DNA of 64,000 nucleotides from a virus (IMGVR_UViG_3300046832_001910:53612-117611); one strand, 5' to 3'. Positions 9,852 through 20,029 are shown, numbered from the stretch's first letter. Made by a program: numbers and translations. The notes: a model not told the origin generated them from the letters alone.

Positions 9852-10568
9852 ATGCAAACAGCAAGAAAGCATGATGATGAAGTGTTTCGTGAGAAGCGCG
9901 TTATAAAAAATCCAATAAAATTTAAGATACCTCTTAACGAAGAACAAAAAATAGCAAAGGATAGAATCCTAGCAAATACAGTAACCCTTTTAGCCGGTAA
10001 AGCCGGTAGTGGTAAAACTCTTTTAGCATGTCAAATTGCATTAGATGGACTTTTCCGCAGACACTTTGAAAAGGTAATCATTACACGACCTACAGTATCA
10101 AAAGAAGAGATAGGTTTTTTGCCTGGAGATCTTCATCAAAAAATGGATCCTTGGGTACAACCAATTTACCAAAACATGTATCTACTTTACGGTAAAGATA
10201 AAATTGATCCCTACATTCAGAGTGGACAAATTGAAATTGTGCCAGTATCATTTATGAGAGGCCGAACATTTCTTGACTCTTGTGTCATTGTGGATGAAGC
10301 ACAAAACGTAACTAATGAACAAATGGAAATGATTGTTACTCGTGTTGGTCTTCGTTCAAAAATGATTATCTGTGGTGATGACGGCCAGGTTGACCTTAAG
10401 AATAAGAGTGACTCTGGTTTTAGATTCCTCTATAATTGTGCAAAGAGAATAAAAGGACTTGAAGCAATTACCCTTTTCCAAAATCATAGAGATCCAATTG
10501 TTGATATCTTAATTGATGTTTATGAAGAAGAGAATTTAAGGAGAAATGCAGGAAAGCCAAATAAATAG
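9852..10568 (+). CDS. phoH: PhoH-like ATPase
   Basis: GKAGSGKT, IGFLPGD, FMRGRTF, DEAQN, GDDGQVD; ATG 9852 preferred. Confidence 0.92.
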   Translation: MQTARKHDDEVFREKRVIKNPIKFKIPLNEEQKIAKDRILANTVTLLAGKAGSGKTLLACQIALDGLFRRHFEKVIITRPTVSKEEIGFLPGDLHQKMDPWVQPIYQNMYLLYGKDKIDPYIQSGQIEIVPVSFMRGRTFLDSCVIVDEAQNVTNEQMEMIVTRVGLRSKMIICGDDGQVDLKNKSDSGFRFLYNCAKRIKGLEAITLFQNHRDPIVDILIDVYEEENLRRNAGKPNK

Positions 10569-10621
10569 AAAAAATGAACTGATGGATATGTTAACATCCA
10601 TCTAAAAATAGAAACTATGAA

Positions 10622-10765
10622 ATGGCAAAAGCTAAAGCTGGTGTAACTGATTCTTTTAAGAAGAAGCCTAAAGTCTGCAGACCTGGTGTTCAGGCAAAGA
10701 CAAAGCAATCTAAGAATAAGAAATCAAAGAACTACGTTAAGCCATATAGAGGACAAGGTCGCTGA
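10622..10765 (+). CDS. 47-aa basic protein ending YRGQGR (not in ORF track)
   Basis: Hand translation MAKAKAG..KNYVKPYRGQGR. Confidence 0.7.
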   Translation: MAKAKAGVTDSFKKKPKVCRPGVQAKTKQSKNKKSKNYVKPYRGQGR

Positions 10766-10910
10766 CTCATTGACATGGTCCTATTCCTATTTTTCATGAT
10801 TCCATGACATAACTGGTAGTGTTTTCCTAAATTTATAGAATTGCACGGTTTTTATACTATATTAATTGGTTGGGAATATTCCCATCATAAAAAATAAAAA
10901 ACTAAATTCT

Positions 10911-11270
10911 ATGTTTACAACAAAAAGCACAAGTCTGTTTAACAGCATTTTTAATGATGATCTTTGGAAAGATCTAGAGACAAGTACAAGTTTATTTGCA
11001 GGTTATCATTCTGAAAAGACTGATGATGGCTATGTATTAGAATTGGCTGTACCTGGATTAACTAAAGAGGATCTAAGTATTAAGATCGTTAAAGGATATC
11101 TTAAGATTGAAAACAAAACAAAGAATATCTGGAATAATGAGTTTTCAAAGTCATTTATAATGCCTAACGATGTTAATGAAAAGAATGTTAAAGCCACTGT
11201 AGAAAATGGAGTTCTAAAAGTAACCATGTCTGTTAAGAAAGAATCTGAAAATGTTATCCAAATTCTGTAA
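10911..11270 (+). CDS. small heat shock protein (Hsp20)
   Basis: LELAVPGLTKEDL, FSKSF, ATVENGVLKV; ATG 10911. Confidence 0.9.
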   Translation: MFTTKSTSLFNSIFNDDLWKDLETSTSLFAGYHSEKTDDGYVLELAVPGLTKEDLSIKIVKGYLKIENKTKNIWNNEFSKSFIMPNDVNEKNVKATVENGVLKVTMSVKKESENVIQIL

Positions 11271-11294
11271 ACCTTTAAGGATTCTTGTATATAA
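11269..11294 (+). promoter_or_regulatory. class II promoter
   Basis: AAAC-N17-TATAA. Confidence 0.6.
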
Positions 11295-11312
11295 ATAAAA
11301 AACAAAATAGAT

Positions 11313-11540
11313 ATGGAAAATCAAAATCCTCAAGAATTAACCCAGGCACAGGCTGTAAATGTATTAATCCAGGCCGCTCGTATTGCACAGTCAAAAGGAG
11401 CATTCACGCTTGAAGATGCTGAATTAGTTTCAAAAGCAATTAAGGCGTTTGTACCGGTTAACCAAACTGAAAATGGCCAGGATCCTGTGATTAACGAGTC
11501 TCAAGATGAGACCGTTGAACCGGTAATAGAAAAAGCATAA
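11313..11540 (+). CDS. hypothetical protein
   Basis: AQSKGAFTLEDA; lies between promoter and terminator. Confidence 0.7.
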   Translation: MENQNPQELTQAQAVNVLIQAARIAQSKGAFTLEDAELVSKAIKAFVPVNQTENGQDPVINESQDETVEPVIEKA

Positions 11541-11563
11541 ATGGTTAAACTCTCGGTTTTGAT

Positions 11564-11595
11564 AGAGGATCTGAGAAATCGGATCCTCTTTTTTT
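11564..11595 (+). terminator. intrinsic terminator
   Basis: AGAGGATCTG-loop-CGGATCCTCT then T tract. Confidence 0.8.
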
Positions 11596-11630
11596 GCTTG
11601 CAGATAAATAATAAAATTAAGAAGACATTA

Positions 11631-13103
11631 ATGAGAAGGAGAATTCCTAAGATAATTGTTAATCCAACTAGGGTTCAGCCTAATAGACCAATTCAGGTTT
11701 CTAATCAGCCGCAAAGACAACAATCTCCAGTACAGCAGAGTAATGTACAAGCCGTACCTGTGAATAAGAAGACAAGTTTTTCTGCTAAGAAGTCTGACAG
11801 GGTTTTTATCTTAGGGGGTGGCCCATCTATTAAGGATACTAATTTATCTTTTTTAGCAGGTGAGGACACTATATGTGTTAATAAGGCAATAGACCTTGTA
11901 AGAAATCCTACCTTCTTTATTACAATGGACTATAGTTTCTTTACAAAGGTTGGAGCACCGATTCAAAATATCACGGCTAAAGCAAAGAGTAGCCATTTTA
12001 TTGTAAATAAGCAACATACATATATCCAAGAAATCAATGGTTGCTATACTGATGTTAGAAATAATCTTAGGTATTTAGGATTAGAACATTTTACATCTGT
12101 CATTGAATCAAATTCAACAATAAATGAAAGAAGCGGATTTGGTTTATCAGTGAATGATTTTTCCCATGGTGAAAACAGCGGATACTGTGCAATTCAGTTT
12201 GCTATCTTGGCAGGATATAAAGAAATCTATCTTATTGGTTTTGATTTAGGCTATACAACTAATTCTGAACAAACACATTTTCATGGTGCATATCCTAAGG
12301 TCCCTTCAGATGTATTTAGGAAAAGACTTGATAATTACACAGGAAATTTAATAACGTCTGTGACAAAATTATCATCAAAGAGTTCCATTAAGATTATGAC
12401 GGTAACACCTTCTTCATTAGAGTCGCTAATACCTAGAGTAAATCCTTTTAGATTAGATAAAGATAATCCGGCTGAAAATAAAATTGAACAACCTAAAACT
12501 AATAGGTCTCTTTCTGATTTGGTAATTGTTGCATACTATACTCTTAATACTCCCTATGAAGATGAAGCTAAAAAATTAATAAGATCTCTTAATAAGTTAG
12601 GCCTTAACCATGATGTAGTTGGTGTTAAAAATCTTGGTGATTGGCAGGCAAATACCAGATTTAAGGCTAAGTTTATGGAGGATATGCTCAATAAGCATCC
12701 AGGAAAAAATCTTCTGTATGTTGATAGTGATGCTATTGTACATAGCAGACCTACACTATTTGAAGACTATAATTATGATATCTCTGTGAGATGGCAAGAC
12801 TTTAGATGGAGAAAAGATGAGTGCCTAAGTGGTACAATCTTTATGGCAAATAATCAAAAGACTCGTGAACTCTGTCGTCGTTGGCAAAGAATTAACATAA
12901 GTGAAGGACCTAATGCAAAAACATTTGAACAGTGGAACTTAGGAACTGTAATTAAACAAATGGAAGCAGAAGGAAAAATTAAAACACATAATCTTCCTGC
13001 TGAATACACCTTTATATTTGATAGTATGAGGGCAATGTATCCTAATGCCGTACCGGTAATTGAACATTTTCAAGCAAGTAGAAAACTAAGAAATAAAGTA
13101 TAA
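11631..13103 (+). CDS. two-domain glycosyltransferase (DUF115/Maf-like + nucleotide-diphospho-sugar transferase)
   Basis: ILGGGPS, NSG..AIQFA..GYKEIYLIGFD; second domain LYVDSDA (DxD); start moved to ATG 11631 after the terminator. Confidence 0.75.
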   Translation: MRRRIPKIIVNPTRVQPNRPIQVSNQPQRQQSPVQQSNVQAVPVNKKTSFSAKKSDRVFILGGGPSIKDTNLSFLAGEDTICVNKAIDLVRNPTFFITMDYSFFTKVGAPIQNITAKAKSSHFIVNKQHTYIQEINGCYTDVRNNLRYLGLEHFTSVIESNSTINERSGFGLSVNDFSHGENSGYCAIQFAILAGYKEIYLIGFDLGYTTNSEQTHFHGAYPKVPSDVFRKRLDNYTGNLITSVTKLSSKSSIKIMTVTPSSLESLIPRVNPFRLDKDNPAENKIEQPKTNRSLSDLVIVAYYTLNTPYEDEAKKLIRSLNKLGLNHDVVGVKNLGDWQANTRFKAKFMEDMLNKHPGKNLLYVDSDAIVHSRPTLFEDYNYDISVRWQDFRWRKDECLSGTIFMANNQKTRELCRRWQRINISEGPNAKTFEQWNLGTVIKQMEAEGKIKTHNLPAEYTFIFDSMRAMYPNAVPVIEHFQASRKLRNKV

Positions 13104-13108
13104 TCATT

Positions 13109-13783
13109 ATGAAGATAAATGAATTCTTTGATAAAGTCATATGTATTAATCTTGCAAAACGTACCGATAGATGGTCGGAGATGACTGATCAATTTAATAA
13201 GCATAACATTAAAGCAACTAGATTTAATGCAGTTAATGGAAATCCAATGGGCTGGAAGTATAATAGTTATGCTGGGAGAGAATCTTCATTTGAAGGAGCA
13301 ATGGGCTGTTTAGCAAGTCATCTTGAAGTTTATAGTTTAGCAAAACAAAACGGTTGGAAAAATGTTTTAATCATCGAAGATGATTGCGATTTTATTGAAA
13401 ACTTAAATGAAATTTTTGAAAAATCAATAGACACTTTACCTAAAGATTGGGATCTTTTATACTTTGGTGGTGTTCATGAAACACGTGGTGGTAAATTTGT
13501 TCCTGAAAAATTCAATAAGTTTTTTGTTAGAGCAAAAAGAATTATAACAACTACATGCTATGCAGTTAATAGTACTGCATATGATTTTGTATTAGATACA
13601 ATATTAAAAGATAAGCCTTATTTTGATAATCCTATTGATGCTTATTTAGGAGCTTATATACAACCTCATCTTAATACTTATGCATATCATCCACCTATTG
13701 CATGGCAACGTGCTAGCCACAGTGATATCCAAAATGCTCATAGAGATTATTCAATTATGATGAAAAATAATAACATTTCATGA
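13109..13783 (+). CDS. GT25 glycosyltransferase
   Basis: CINLAKRTDR, GCLASH, IIEDD, WDLLYFG. Confidence 0.85.
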   Translation: MKINEFFDKVICINLAKRTDRWSEMTDQFNKHNIKATRFNAVNGNPMGWKYNSYAGRESSFEGAMGCLASHLEVYSLAKQNGWKNVLIIEDDCDFIENLNEIFEKSIDTLPKDWDLLYFGGVHETRGGKFVPEKFNKFFVRAKRIITTTCYAVNSTAYDFVLDTILKDKPYFDNPIDAYLGAYIQPHLNTYAYHPPIAWQRASHSDIQNAHRDYSIMMKNNNIS

Positions 13784-14592
13784 TAACTTGTAGACTAAAA
13801 GGAGGATTAGGAAACATAATGTTTCAGATTGCTGCTATTGAAGCAATGTCAATTGATAGCCGTATATCATCAGTGTATTATAATGTTGGTTCTCAACTTA
13901 AGTTAATTAATGATGATGTTAATCATAACCCATTAATAAAACATGCAAATGAGTATTTAACTATATTTAAGAATTTTGATTGGAATAAAAATTTTAAAGA
14001 TAGAGTGTCTTTTAAAACTATTAAGGTTCCTTTTCATTATACCAAAATAAGACCTGAAAAAAATACATGTTATGATGGTTTTTTTCAATCAGAGAAATTC
14101 TTTAAACACAGAGAACGCGAAATAAGAACTCTTTTTGAACCATCGGACAAAATTGTTAAATATATTCAAGAAAAGTATCCCTTTATATTTAATACAAACA
14201 TAACATCGATACATGTTAGACGTGGTGATTATCTAAAATTATCACACATTCATCCTCCGCCATCAATTGAATACTTTAATAAAGCAATAGAAATGATAGG
14301 AAAGAATTCCACCTTTATAGTATTTTCCGATGATATTCAGTGGTGTAAAGAAAACTTTAAGGGTAGTAATTTTATTTTTTCTAATGAAAAAGATTACATT
14401 GAATTATTTATGATGTCTTTTTGTAAAAATAACATTATGTCAAATTCCAGCTTCTCTTGGTGGGGTAGTTGGTTAAATAAAAATCCTAATAAAAAGGTTA
14501 TTGCGCCAATGCTGTGGTTTTCTCAGGAAGCTGCACAAAGAAAAGGAATTAACCCAATTGATATTATTCCAGAAACATTTATTAAAATATGA
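13780..14592 (+). CDS. GT11 alpha-1,2-fucosyltransferase-like
   Basis: GGLGNIMFQ, GFFQSE, HVRRGDY, FSDD, NSSFSWW. Confidence 0.9.
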   Translation: MITCRLKGGLGNIMFQIAAIEAMSIDSRISSVYYNVGSQLKLINDDVNHNPLIKHANEYLTIFKNFDWNKNFKDRVSFKTIKVPFHYTKIRPEKNTCYDGFFQSEKFFKHREREIRTLFEPSDKIVKYIQEKYPFIFNTNITSIHVRRGDYLKLSHIHPPPSIEYFNKAIEMIGKNSTFIVFSDDIQWCKENFKGSNFIFSNEKDYIELFMMSFCKNNIMSNSSFSWWGSWLNKNPNKKVIAPMLWFSQEAAQRKGINPIDIIPETFIKI

Positions 14593-15458
14593 AAATGTAT
14601 AAAGCAGAAAATGGTAGGTATTGGATTGATGTAATGCTACCTTTTCAGTCAATTTTAGTTAGAAGAAAATATGATAGAAATAGAATAAAAAGATTTAGAG
14701 ATCTTAATCCACATAAAAAAATCTTTCTTATTCATTTTGAAGAACCTTTGAGAAATAGTATGTCAGAGCAGGATGTATTACAGGATGCATCTTTATTTGA
14801 TCTTATCTTTACTTCAAACAGAAATATTGTAAATAAAGTGTCTCATGCTTATTGGAGTCCTTTAGCAGAATGTTGGACTAATGGAAGTATGCCTTCTATG
14901 GGAACTGATAGAACAGCAGAAGCCAGAGATAAAAAGTTTTGTATAAGCTTCTTAGGTACATCTAAGCAAATGGGATATGGTGGTTTTTATGATATTAGAA
15001 AATATGTATGGGAACATGAAAAAGAAATACATATACCTACCGAGTTTTTAGATAGCAGAGAGCATTCTATAAATGATGGCCATCCTTTTCTTCCTACGAG
15101 CAGTACATTTCAAACTAGTGATAAGATTCATTTATACAAGTCAATGTTTAACTTTTGTCCGGAAAATGCAGATGATGAAAACTTTAGTCAGAGACTAATA
15201 GATTGTTTTATTAATAAAACAATACCAATCTATAGAGGGTATAAGAATATACATGAACATTTTAACATTGACGGAATTATTTATGTTAACGATGGTCCTG
15301 ATGCAATTGAAAAAATTAATCAATTAACTCCTGATTATTATCATAGTAAACTAAGTGCAATTGAAGATAATTATAGAAGATGTATTCAAAATAATTATCA
15401 TCTATCACCAGGAGATCGTATATCTATACTTATTATGAAAATTTATGAAAATAAATAA
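14589..15458 (+). CDS. GT10-like glycosyltransferase
   Basis: FNFCPEN..FSQRLIDCF..TIPIYRG resembles the GT10 motif. Confidence 0.7.
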   Translation: MKMYKAENGRYWIDVMLPFQSILVRRKYDRNRIKRFRDLNPHKKIFLIHFEEPLRNSMSEQDVLQDASLFDLIFTSNRNIVNKVSHAYWSPLAECWTNGSMPSMGTDRTAEARDKKFCISFLGTSKQMGYGGFYDIRKYVWEHEKEIHIPTEFLDSREHSINDGHPFLPTSSTFQTSDKIHLYKSMFNFCPENADDENFSQRLIDCFINKTIPIYRGYKNIHEHFNIDGIIYVNDGPDAIEKINQLTPDYYHSKLSAIEDNYRRCIQNNYHLSPGDRISILIMKIYENK

Positions 15459-15467
15459 AATATCTAA

Positions 15468-15881
15468 ATGGAAAAAATATATTCAAAAAAGGAACCCGAA
15501 AAACTATTACATATAATAGTTAGAAAAGAGGATATGAAACCTGGTAGAGAGGATATTGTTTCAGAAGAAAATTTTATACAATGTTCCATACTAAATATGA
15601 GTAAGGGGAAAACTTTTAAACCACATAAACATATTTGGAAAGAAAGAACACGTAATGTAATTGCACAAGAGAGTTGGATTGTAATCAAAGGATCCGTAAA
15701 ATGTATATTTTATGATTTGGATGATAACATAATTGCAGAACCTATATTATATGCAGGCGATGCAAGCTTTACGTTAGAAGGTGGGCATAATTATTTGATA
15801 CTGGAAGATGATACTTTAGTATATGAGTATAAGACAGGCCCTTATGAAGGACAGCGGCTTGACAAAACATTTATTATATGA
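15468..15881 (+). CDS. WbuC-like cupin
   Basis: PHKH, QESW, GGH, EYKTGPY. Confidence 0.75.
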   Translation: MEKIYSKKEPEKLLHIIVRKEDMKPGREDIVSEENFIQCSILNMSKGKTFKPHKHIWKERTRNVIAQESWIVIKGSVKCIFYDLDDNIIAEPILYAGDASFTLEGGHNYLILEDDTLVYEYKTGPYEGQRLDKTFII

Positions 15882-16483
15882 AACTTAATTCAACATCATT
15901 AGCAAAATGGTTTGCTGATAAAGGTGATGCTACCCATATCTTAAACCATAATCTTAATAAAGATTCTATCGTAATGGACTTAGGTGGTTATACCGGTGTA
16001 TGGGCTCAACTAATAATTGATAGGTACAATCCAAATGTTTACATAATTGAGCCATTAGAACAGTTTTATAGAATTGCAAAATCTAAATTTGTTAATAATA
16101 ATAAAGTAAGACTGGCGTGCGTTGGTGTTTCTCAAGAAAAGAAAGAAGGAATTATATACTTAAGTAAAGATGGTTCATCTGCGAACCAGAAAAACGGTAA
16201 TCCTATAAAGGTTAAGCTTAAAAACATGGAAAATATACTTTATGAATTTAAGTTAGACCATGTTGATCTTTTGCAGATTAATATTGAAGGCGATGAATAT
16301 TCTCTTTTGGAAGATATGATTAAAACTGGGTTTATTAATAAGTTTAATACAATTCAAATTCAATTTCATTTAGGTATCCCTAATGATATAGAAAGGAGAG
16401 AAAATATACAAAAATGTTTAATTCAATATGGATATAAACAAAAGTATAATTATGATTTTGTATGGGAGGCGTGGACAAAATAA
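15878..16483 (+). CDS. FkbM-family methyltransferase
   Basis: DLGGYTG, INIEGDEY, QIQFH. Confidence 0.85.
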   Translation: MKLNSTSLAKWFADKGDATHILNHNLNKDSIVMDLGGYTGVWAQLIIDRYNPNVYIIEPLEQFYRIAKSKFVNNNKVRLACVGVSQEKKEGIIYLSKDGSSANQKNGNPIKVKLKNMENILYEFKLDHVDLLQINIEGDEYSLLEDMIKTGFINKFNTIQIQFHLGIPNDIERRENIQKCLIQYGYKQKYNYDFVWEAWTK

Positions 16484-16491
16484 AAGGTGAT

Positions 16492-17016
16492 ATGAGATAT
16501 AAAAAATTAGGTGAAGATGTTTATATTGGCGAATATGCAACAATAAAGAATCCTAACCTGTGTGAAATTGGAAGTCATAATGCTATTGATAACGGTGTTA
16601 TAATTTCAACAGAATTGGTCATGGGGGATTACATACACATTGCGCCGTATGTAGTTGTAATCGGTGGTAAAAAATCTAAACTTATTCTAAATGACTTTTC
16701 ATTCGTTGCATCAGGTACTAAAATTGTATGTGGTAGCGAGGATTATACTGGTGCAGGTTTAGTCGGTCCTACTATTCCTGAAGAATATAGATCTGTAACA
16801 TATAGCACGGTAACATTTGGTAAATATTCAGGCTGTGGTGTTAATTGTTCTGTTATGCCAGGTGTTACTTTTGGTGAAGGTTCTATACTTGGCGCAAATT
16901 CATTAGCGGTTAAAGATCTTGAGCCTTGGACTATTTATGTTGGTAGTCCTGCTAAACCTGTGAAGGTTAGAGATAAGGAAAAGATATTAGAATATGCAAA
17001 AAGGCTAAAACAATAA
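16492..17016 (+). CDS. hexapeptide-repeat acyltransferase
   Basis: LbH repeats, YVGSPAKP. Confidence 0.85.
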   Translation: MRYKKLGEDVYIGEYATIKNPNLCEIGSHNAIDNGVIISTELVMGDYIHIAPYVVVIGGKKSKLILNDFSFVASGTKIVCGSEDYTGAGLVGPTIPEEYRSVTYSTVTFGKYSGCGVNCSVMPGVTFGEGSILGANSLAVKDLEPWTIYVGSPAKPVKVRDKEKILEYAKRLKQ

Positions 17017-17661
17017 ATGATCAAGTTTCACACATACGGGGATAGTCATGCATCAAAACATGGATCGTGGGATCGGGTAAATTTAGATGAAGTTAATATA
17101 GTTATAAACTGGTTAGGGCCTAAGACTATGTATAGTTTTGGTAGAGATAAAGAAATAATAATTAAAAGAAATGAAATCGGTGATAATGATTTTATTTGTT
17201 TTTGTTTTGGTGAAATTGATTGTAGAGCTCATATTAATAAATATGAACCTAACTGGAAAGAAAATATAGACAATCTAGTTGATGAGTATTTTAAGGCAAT
17301 ATATAAAAATATAAGTGGGTTAAACATTAAAGTATGTGTGTATAATGCAGTGCCTCAATTGGAAAGAAACTTGGAAAGATATAAATGGATAATAGATTGG
17401 GAGAGTCTTGATCCGGTTAATAGAGCTTCTAAAGGTACTGATGAAGATAGAGTTAAATATACTCTTTATATGAATGAAAAACTTAAAGAGTATTGTAAAA
17501 ATTATAACTACATATTTTTTGATGTTTATGAAAATTATGTAGATGATAAGGGATATCTTAATCCAATGTATTCAGATAATAATTGTCATATAGATAATCC
17601 GGTTTTTATTATAGAAAAACTAAAAAGTATAATTAATGAGCATGGAATTAAAAGTAATTGA
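17017..17661 (+). CDS. SGNH hydrolase-like protein
   Basis: GDSH, GEIDCR, DNNCH. Confidence 0.75.
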   Translation: MIKFHTYGDSHASKHGSWDRVNLDEVNIVINWLGPKTMYSFGRDKEIIIKRNEIGDNDFICFCFGEIDCRAHINKYEPNWKENIDNLVDEYFKAIYKNISGLNIKVCVYNAVPQLERNLERYKWIIDWESLDPVNRASKGTDEDRVKYTLYMNEKLKEYCKNYNYIFFDVYENYVDDKGYLNPMYSDNNCHIDNPVFIIEKLKSIINEHGIKSN

Positions 17662-18274
17662 TTTTAGCGCAATAGAGGAATTTGAAAAAAAGATAGCAGA
17701 ATTCTTTGGTGCCCCTTATGCTATAGCAGTTGATAGCTGTACTCATGGAATTGAACTATGTTTAAGATTGACTCAAACAAAGTCTATAAATGTTCCAAAT
17801 AGAACATATGTATCTGTACCAATGTTATCCTATAAATTAGGAATAGACTTAACATGGAGAAATGAGTCATGGGAAGATTATTATACCCTTAATTATGATG
17901 ATAAAAGAATCATAGATGCTGCTGTACTTTGGAGAAAAGATAGTTATATACCAAACACATTTATGTCTTTAAGTTTTCAATATCAAAAACATTTAAGCTT
18001 AGGCAGAGGCGGAATGATTCTTTGCGATAATAAAATAGATGCAGAAAGACTTAAGAAAATGAGCTATGATGGCAGATTACCAGGTATACCTTGGCGAGAT
18101 CAAAATATAGACACTATAGGGTATCATTATTATATGACACCAGAAACTGCTCAACTTGGATTAACTAAATTACCGGAAGCAATAAAAGATCAACCAAAAA
18201 AGTGGAGATATCACGATTGGCCCGATTTAACAAAGATGTCCGTGTTTATAGATCCTTATTTACAAACCAAATAA
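17636..18274 (+). CDS. short DegT/DnrJ-family PLP enzyme
   Basis: FEKKIAEF..AVDSCT, SFQYQKHL..GGMI. Confidence 0.8.
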   Translation: MSMELKVIDFSAIEEFEKKIAEFFGAPYAIAVDSCTHGIELCLRLTQTKSINVPNRTYVSVPMLSYKLGIDLTWRNESWEDYYTLNYDDKRIIDAAVLWRKDSYIPNTFMSLSFQYQKHLSLGRGGMILCDNKIDAERLKKMSYDGRLPGIPWRDQNIDTIGYHYYMTPETAQLGLTKLPEAIKDQPKKWRYHDWPDLTKMSVFIDPYLQTK

Positions 18275-18291
18275 ATTAAACAAAAATAAAA

Positions 18292-19284
18292 ATGAAAAAA
18301 GCATTTATTACAGGAATATCGGGCCAAGATGGTTCTTACTTAGCAGAGTACTTATTATCATTAGGGTATGAAGTACACGGTATGGTTAGAAGACAGTCTA
18401 TTGCTGAAAACCAGTCTGCGCGATTGCAACCTTATTTTGAAACAGGTAGATTATTTACACATTATGGTGATCTTCTTGATCAAACTTCAATAGAGAAATT
18501 ATTAACAGAAATTAAACCTGAAGAAATTTATAACATTGCTGCGCAAAGTCACGTGAGAATATCTTTTGATATTCCGCAATTTACAGTCCAATCAAATTCT
18601 ATTGGTGTTGTAAATATGTTAGAATCTTATAAAAGAATATGTCCTAAATCTAAATTTTATCAAGCAAGTTCAAGTGAAATGTTTGGTTTAACGGTAGAAG
18701 AAGATGGTTTTCAACGCGAATCAACTGTAATGAATCCGGTATCACCTTATGGTTGTTCAAAGGTATTTGCATATAACATGGTTAGGCATTACCGTAGAGC
18801 CTATGGATTACATGCTGTAAATGGAATCTTATTTAATCATGAGTCTCCTAGAAGATCTTCTAATTTTGTTACAAGTAAAGTTGTTAAAGGTGCATGTAAA
18901 ATTAAGTTAGGTTTACAAGATAAACTTGAATTAGGAAACATGGATTCATATAGAGATTGGGGTCATTCCAAAGATTATGTTAAAGCAATGTATATGATTA
19001 TGAATCATACTGAACCTAATGATTACATTGTTTCTACAATGCAAACACATTCAGTTAGAGAAATGTGTGAGGTTGTATTTTCATATCTAGGTTTAGATTA
19101 TAGAGATTATGTAATACAGAATTCTAAGTATTTAAGACCAGAAGAATTACCTTATCTAAAAGGAGATTCAACCAAGATAAGAAAGGAATTGGGTTGGGAA
19201 CCTAAATATACCTTTGAATCAATGTTACATGAAATGTGTGATCATTGGTTAGATGTTTTACAAGGTAAAGAATCTTTCAGATAA
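18292..19284 (+). CDS. gmd: GDP-mannose 4,6-dehydratase
   Basis: ITGISGQDGSYLAE, AAQSHV, QASSSE, SPYGCSK, FNHESPRR. Confidence 0.95.
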   Translation: MKKAFITGISGQDGSYLAEYLLSLGYEVHGMVRRQSIAENQSARLQPYFETGRLFTHYGDLLDQTSIEKLLTEIKPEEIYNIAAQSHVRISFDIPQFTVQSNSIGVVNMLESYKRICPKSKFYQASSSEMFGLTVEEDGFQRESTVMNPVSPYGCSKVFAYNMVRHYRRAYGLHAVNGILFNHESPRRSSNFVTSKVVKGACKIKLGLQDKLELGNMDSYRDWGHSKDYVKAMYMIMNHTEPNDYIVSTMQTHSVREMCEVVFSYLGLDYRDYVIQNSKYLRPEELPYLKGDSTKIRKELGWEPKYTFESMLHEMCDHWLDVLQGKESFR

Positions 19285-19293
19285 TTTTTGATA

Positions 19294-20013
19294 ATGAAAA
19301 GAACAATCATCATAATACCAGCAAGATGGGGCTCAACTCGTTTACCCGCAAAACCTCTCGTAGACATTTTAGGAAAGCCTATGATCCAATGGGTTTATGA
19401 TGAATGTAAAAAATCCGTAGCAGATGAGGTTTATGTAGCCACTGATGATGAAAGAATTCATCGTAAAGTTATTGCATTCGGTGGTAAATCTATAATGACA
19501 AGTGATTGTAAAACTGGTACGGATCGTATTATTGAAGCTGCAAAGGATCTAACTTATGATATTTTAGTAAACATACAAGGTGATGAACCAGGATTAACCT
19601 TTAGAGATATTAATTCTCTTATTCATCTTGCCAATAAAAATCCTAATTCGGTTTCCACATTATCTGCTCTATTAGGACACGATGATCTAAAAAATAGGAA
19701 TGTGGTAAAATTGGTTAAGTCTGGAAAAAAAATTGTGATGTTTACCAGAAGCAGTTCATATCTTTATAGCCCAGATGTAGAAAAACATATAGGAGCATAT
19801 GCATTTCCTAAAGATGTTATAAAACAGATAAGTAAGTTAAGAACACAAACCGAAAATGAAATAGCAGAATCTCTTGAGCAATTAAGATGGGCTGATTCTG
19901 GAATATCATTTACGTGTAATACGATATTACATGCTGCAAAGGGTGTAGATACCCCAGAAGATGTAATTATGATTGAATCATATCTGAAACAAAGTAGAAA
20001 AATATCAATATAA
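19294..20013 (+). CDS. kdsB: CMP-KDO synthetase-like cytidylyltransferase
   Basis: IPARWGSTRLPAKPL, GTDR, NIQGDEP, ESLEQLR, GVDTPED. Confidence 0.88.
   Translation: MKRTIIIIPARWGSTRLPAKPLVDILGKPMIQWVYDECKKSVADEVYVATDDERIHRKVIAFGGKSIMTSDCKTGTDRIIEAAKDLTYDILVNIQGDEPGLTFRDINSLIHLANKNPNSVSTLSALLGHDDLKNRNVVKLVKSGKKIVMFTRSSSYLYSPDVEKHIGAYAFPKDVIKQISKLRTQTENEIAESLEQLRWADSGISFTCNTILHAAKGVDTPEDVIMIESYLKQSRKISI
19987..20013 (+). promoter_or_regulatory. class II promoter variant
   Basis: AAAC-N18-TATAA. Confidence 0.45.
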
Positions 20014-20029
20014 AACTAAATACCGTATT

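Noticed and set aside
11541-11630. N-terminal extension of the 520-aa glycosyltransferase ORF
   Set aside because: It spans a terminator and a promoter box, so ATG 11631 is more plausible. Several other track starts were shortened on similar grounds.
11631-20013. Bacterial chromosomal O-antigen locus or host contamination
   Set aside because: No transport or polymerase genes, and it is flanked seamlessly by phage genes using the same promoter motifs.
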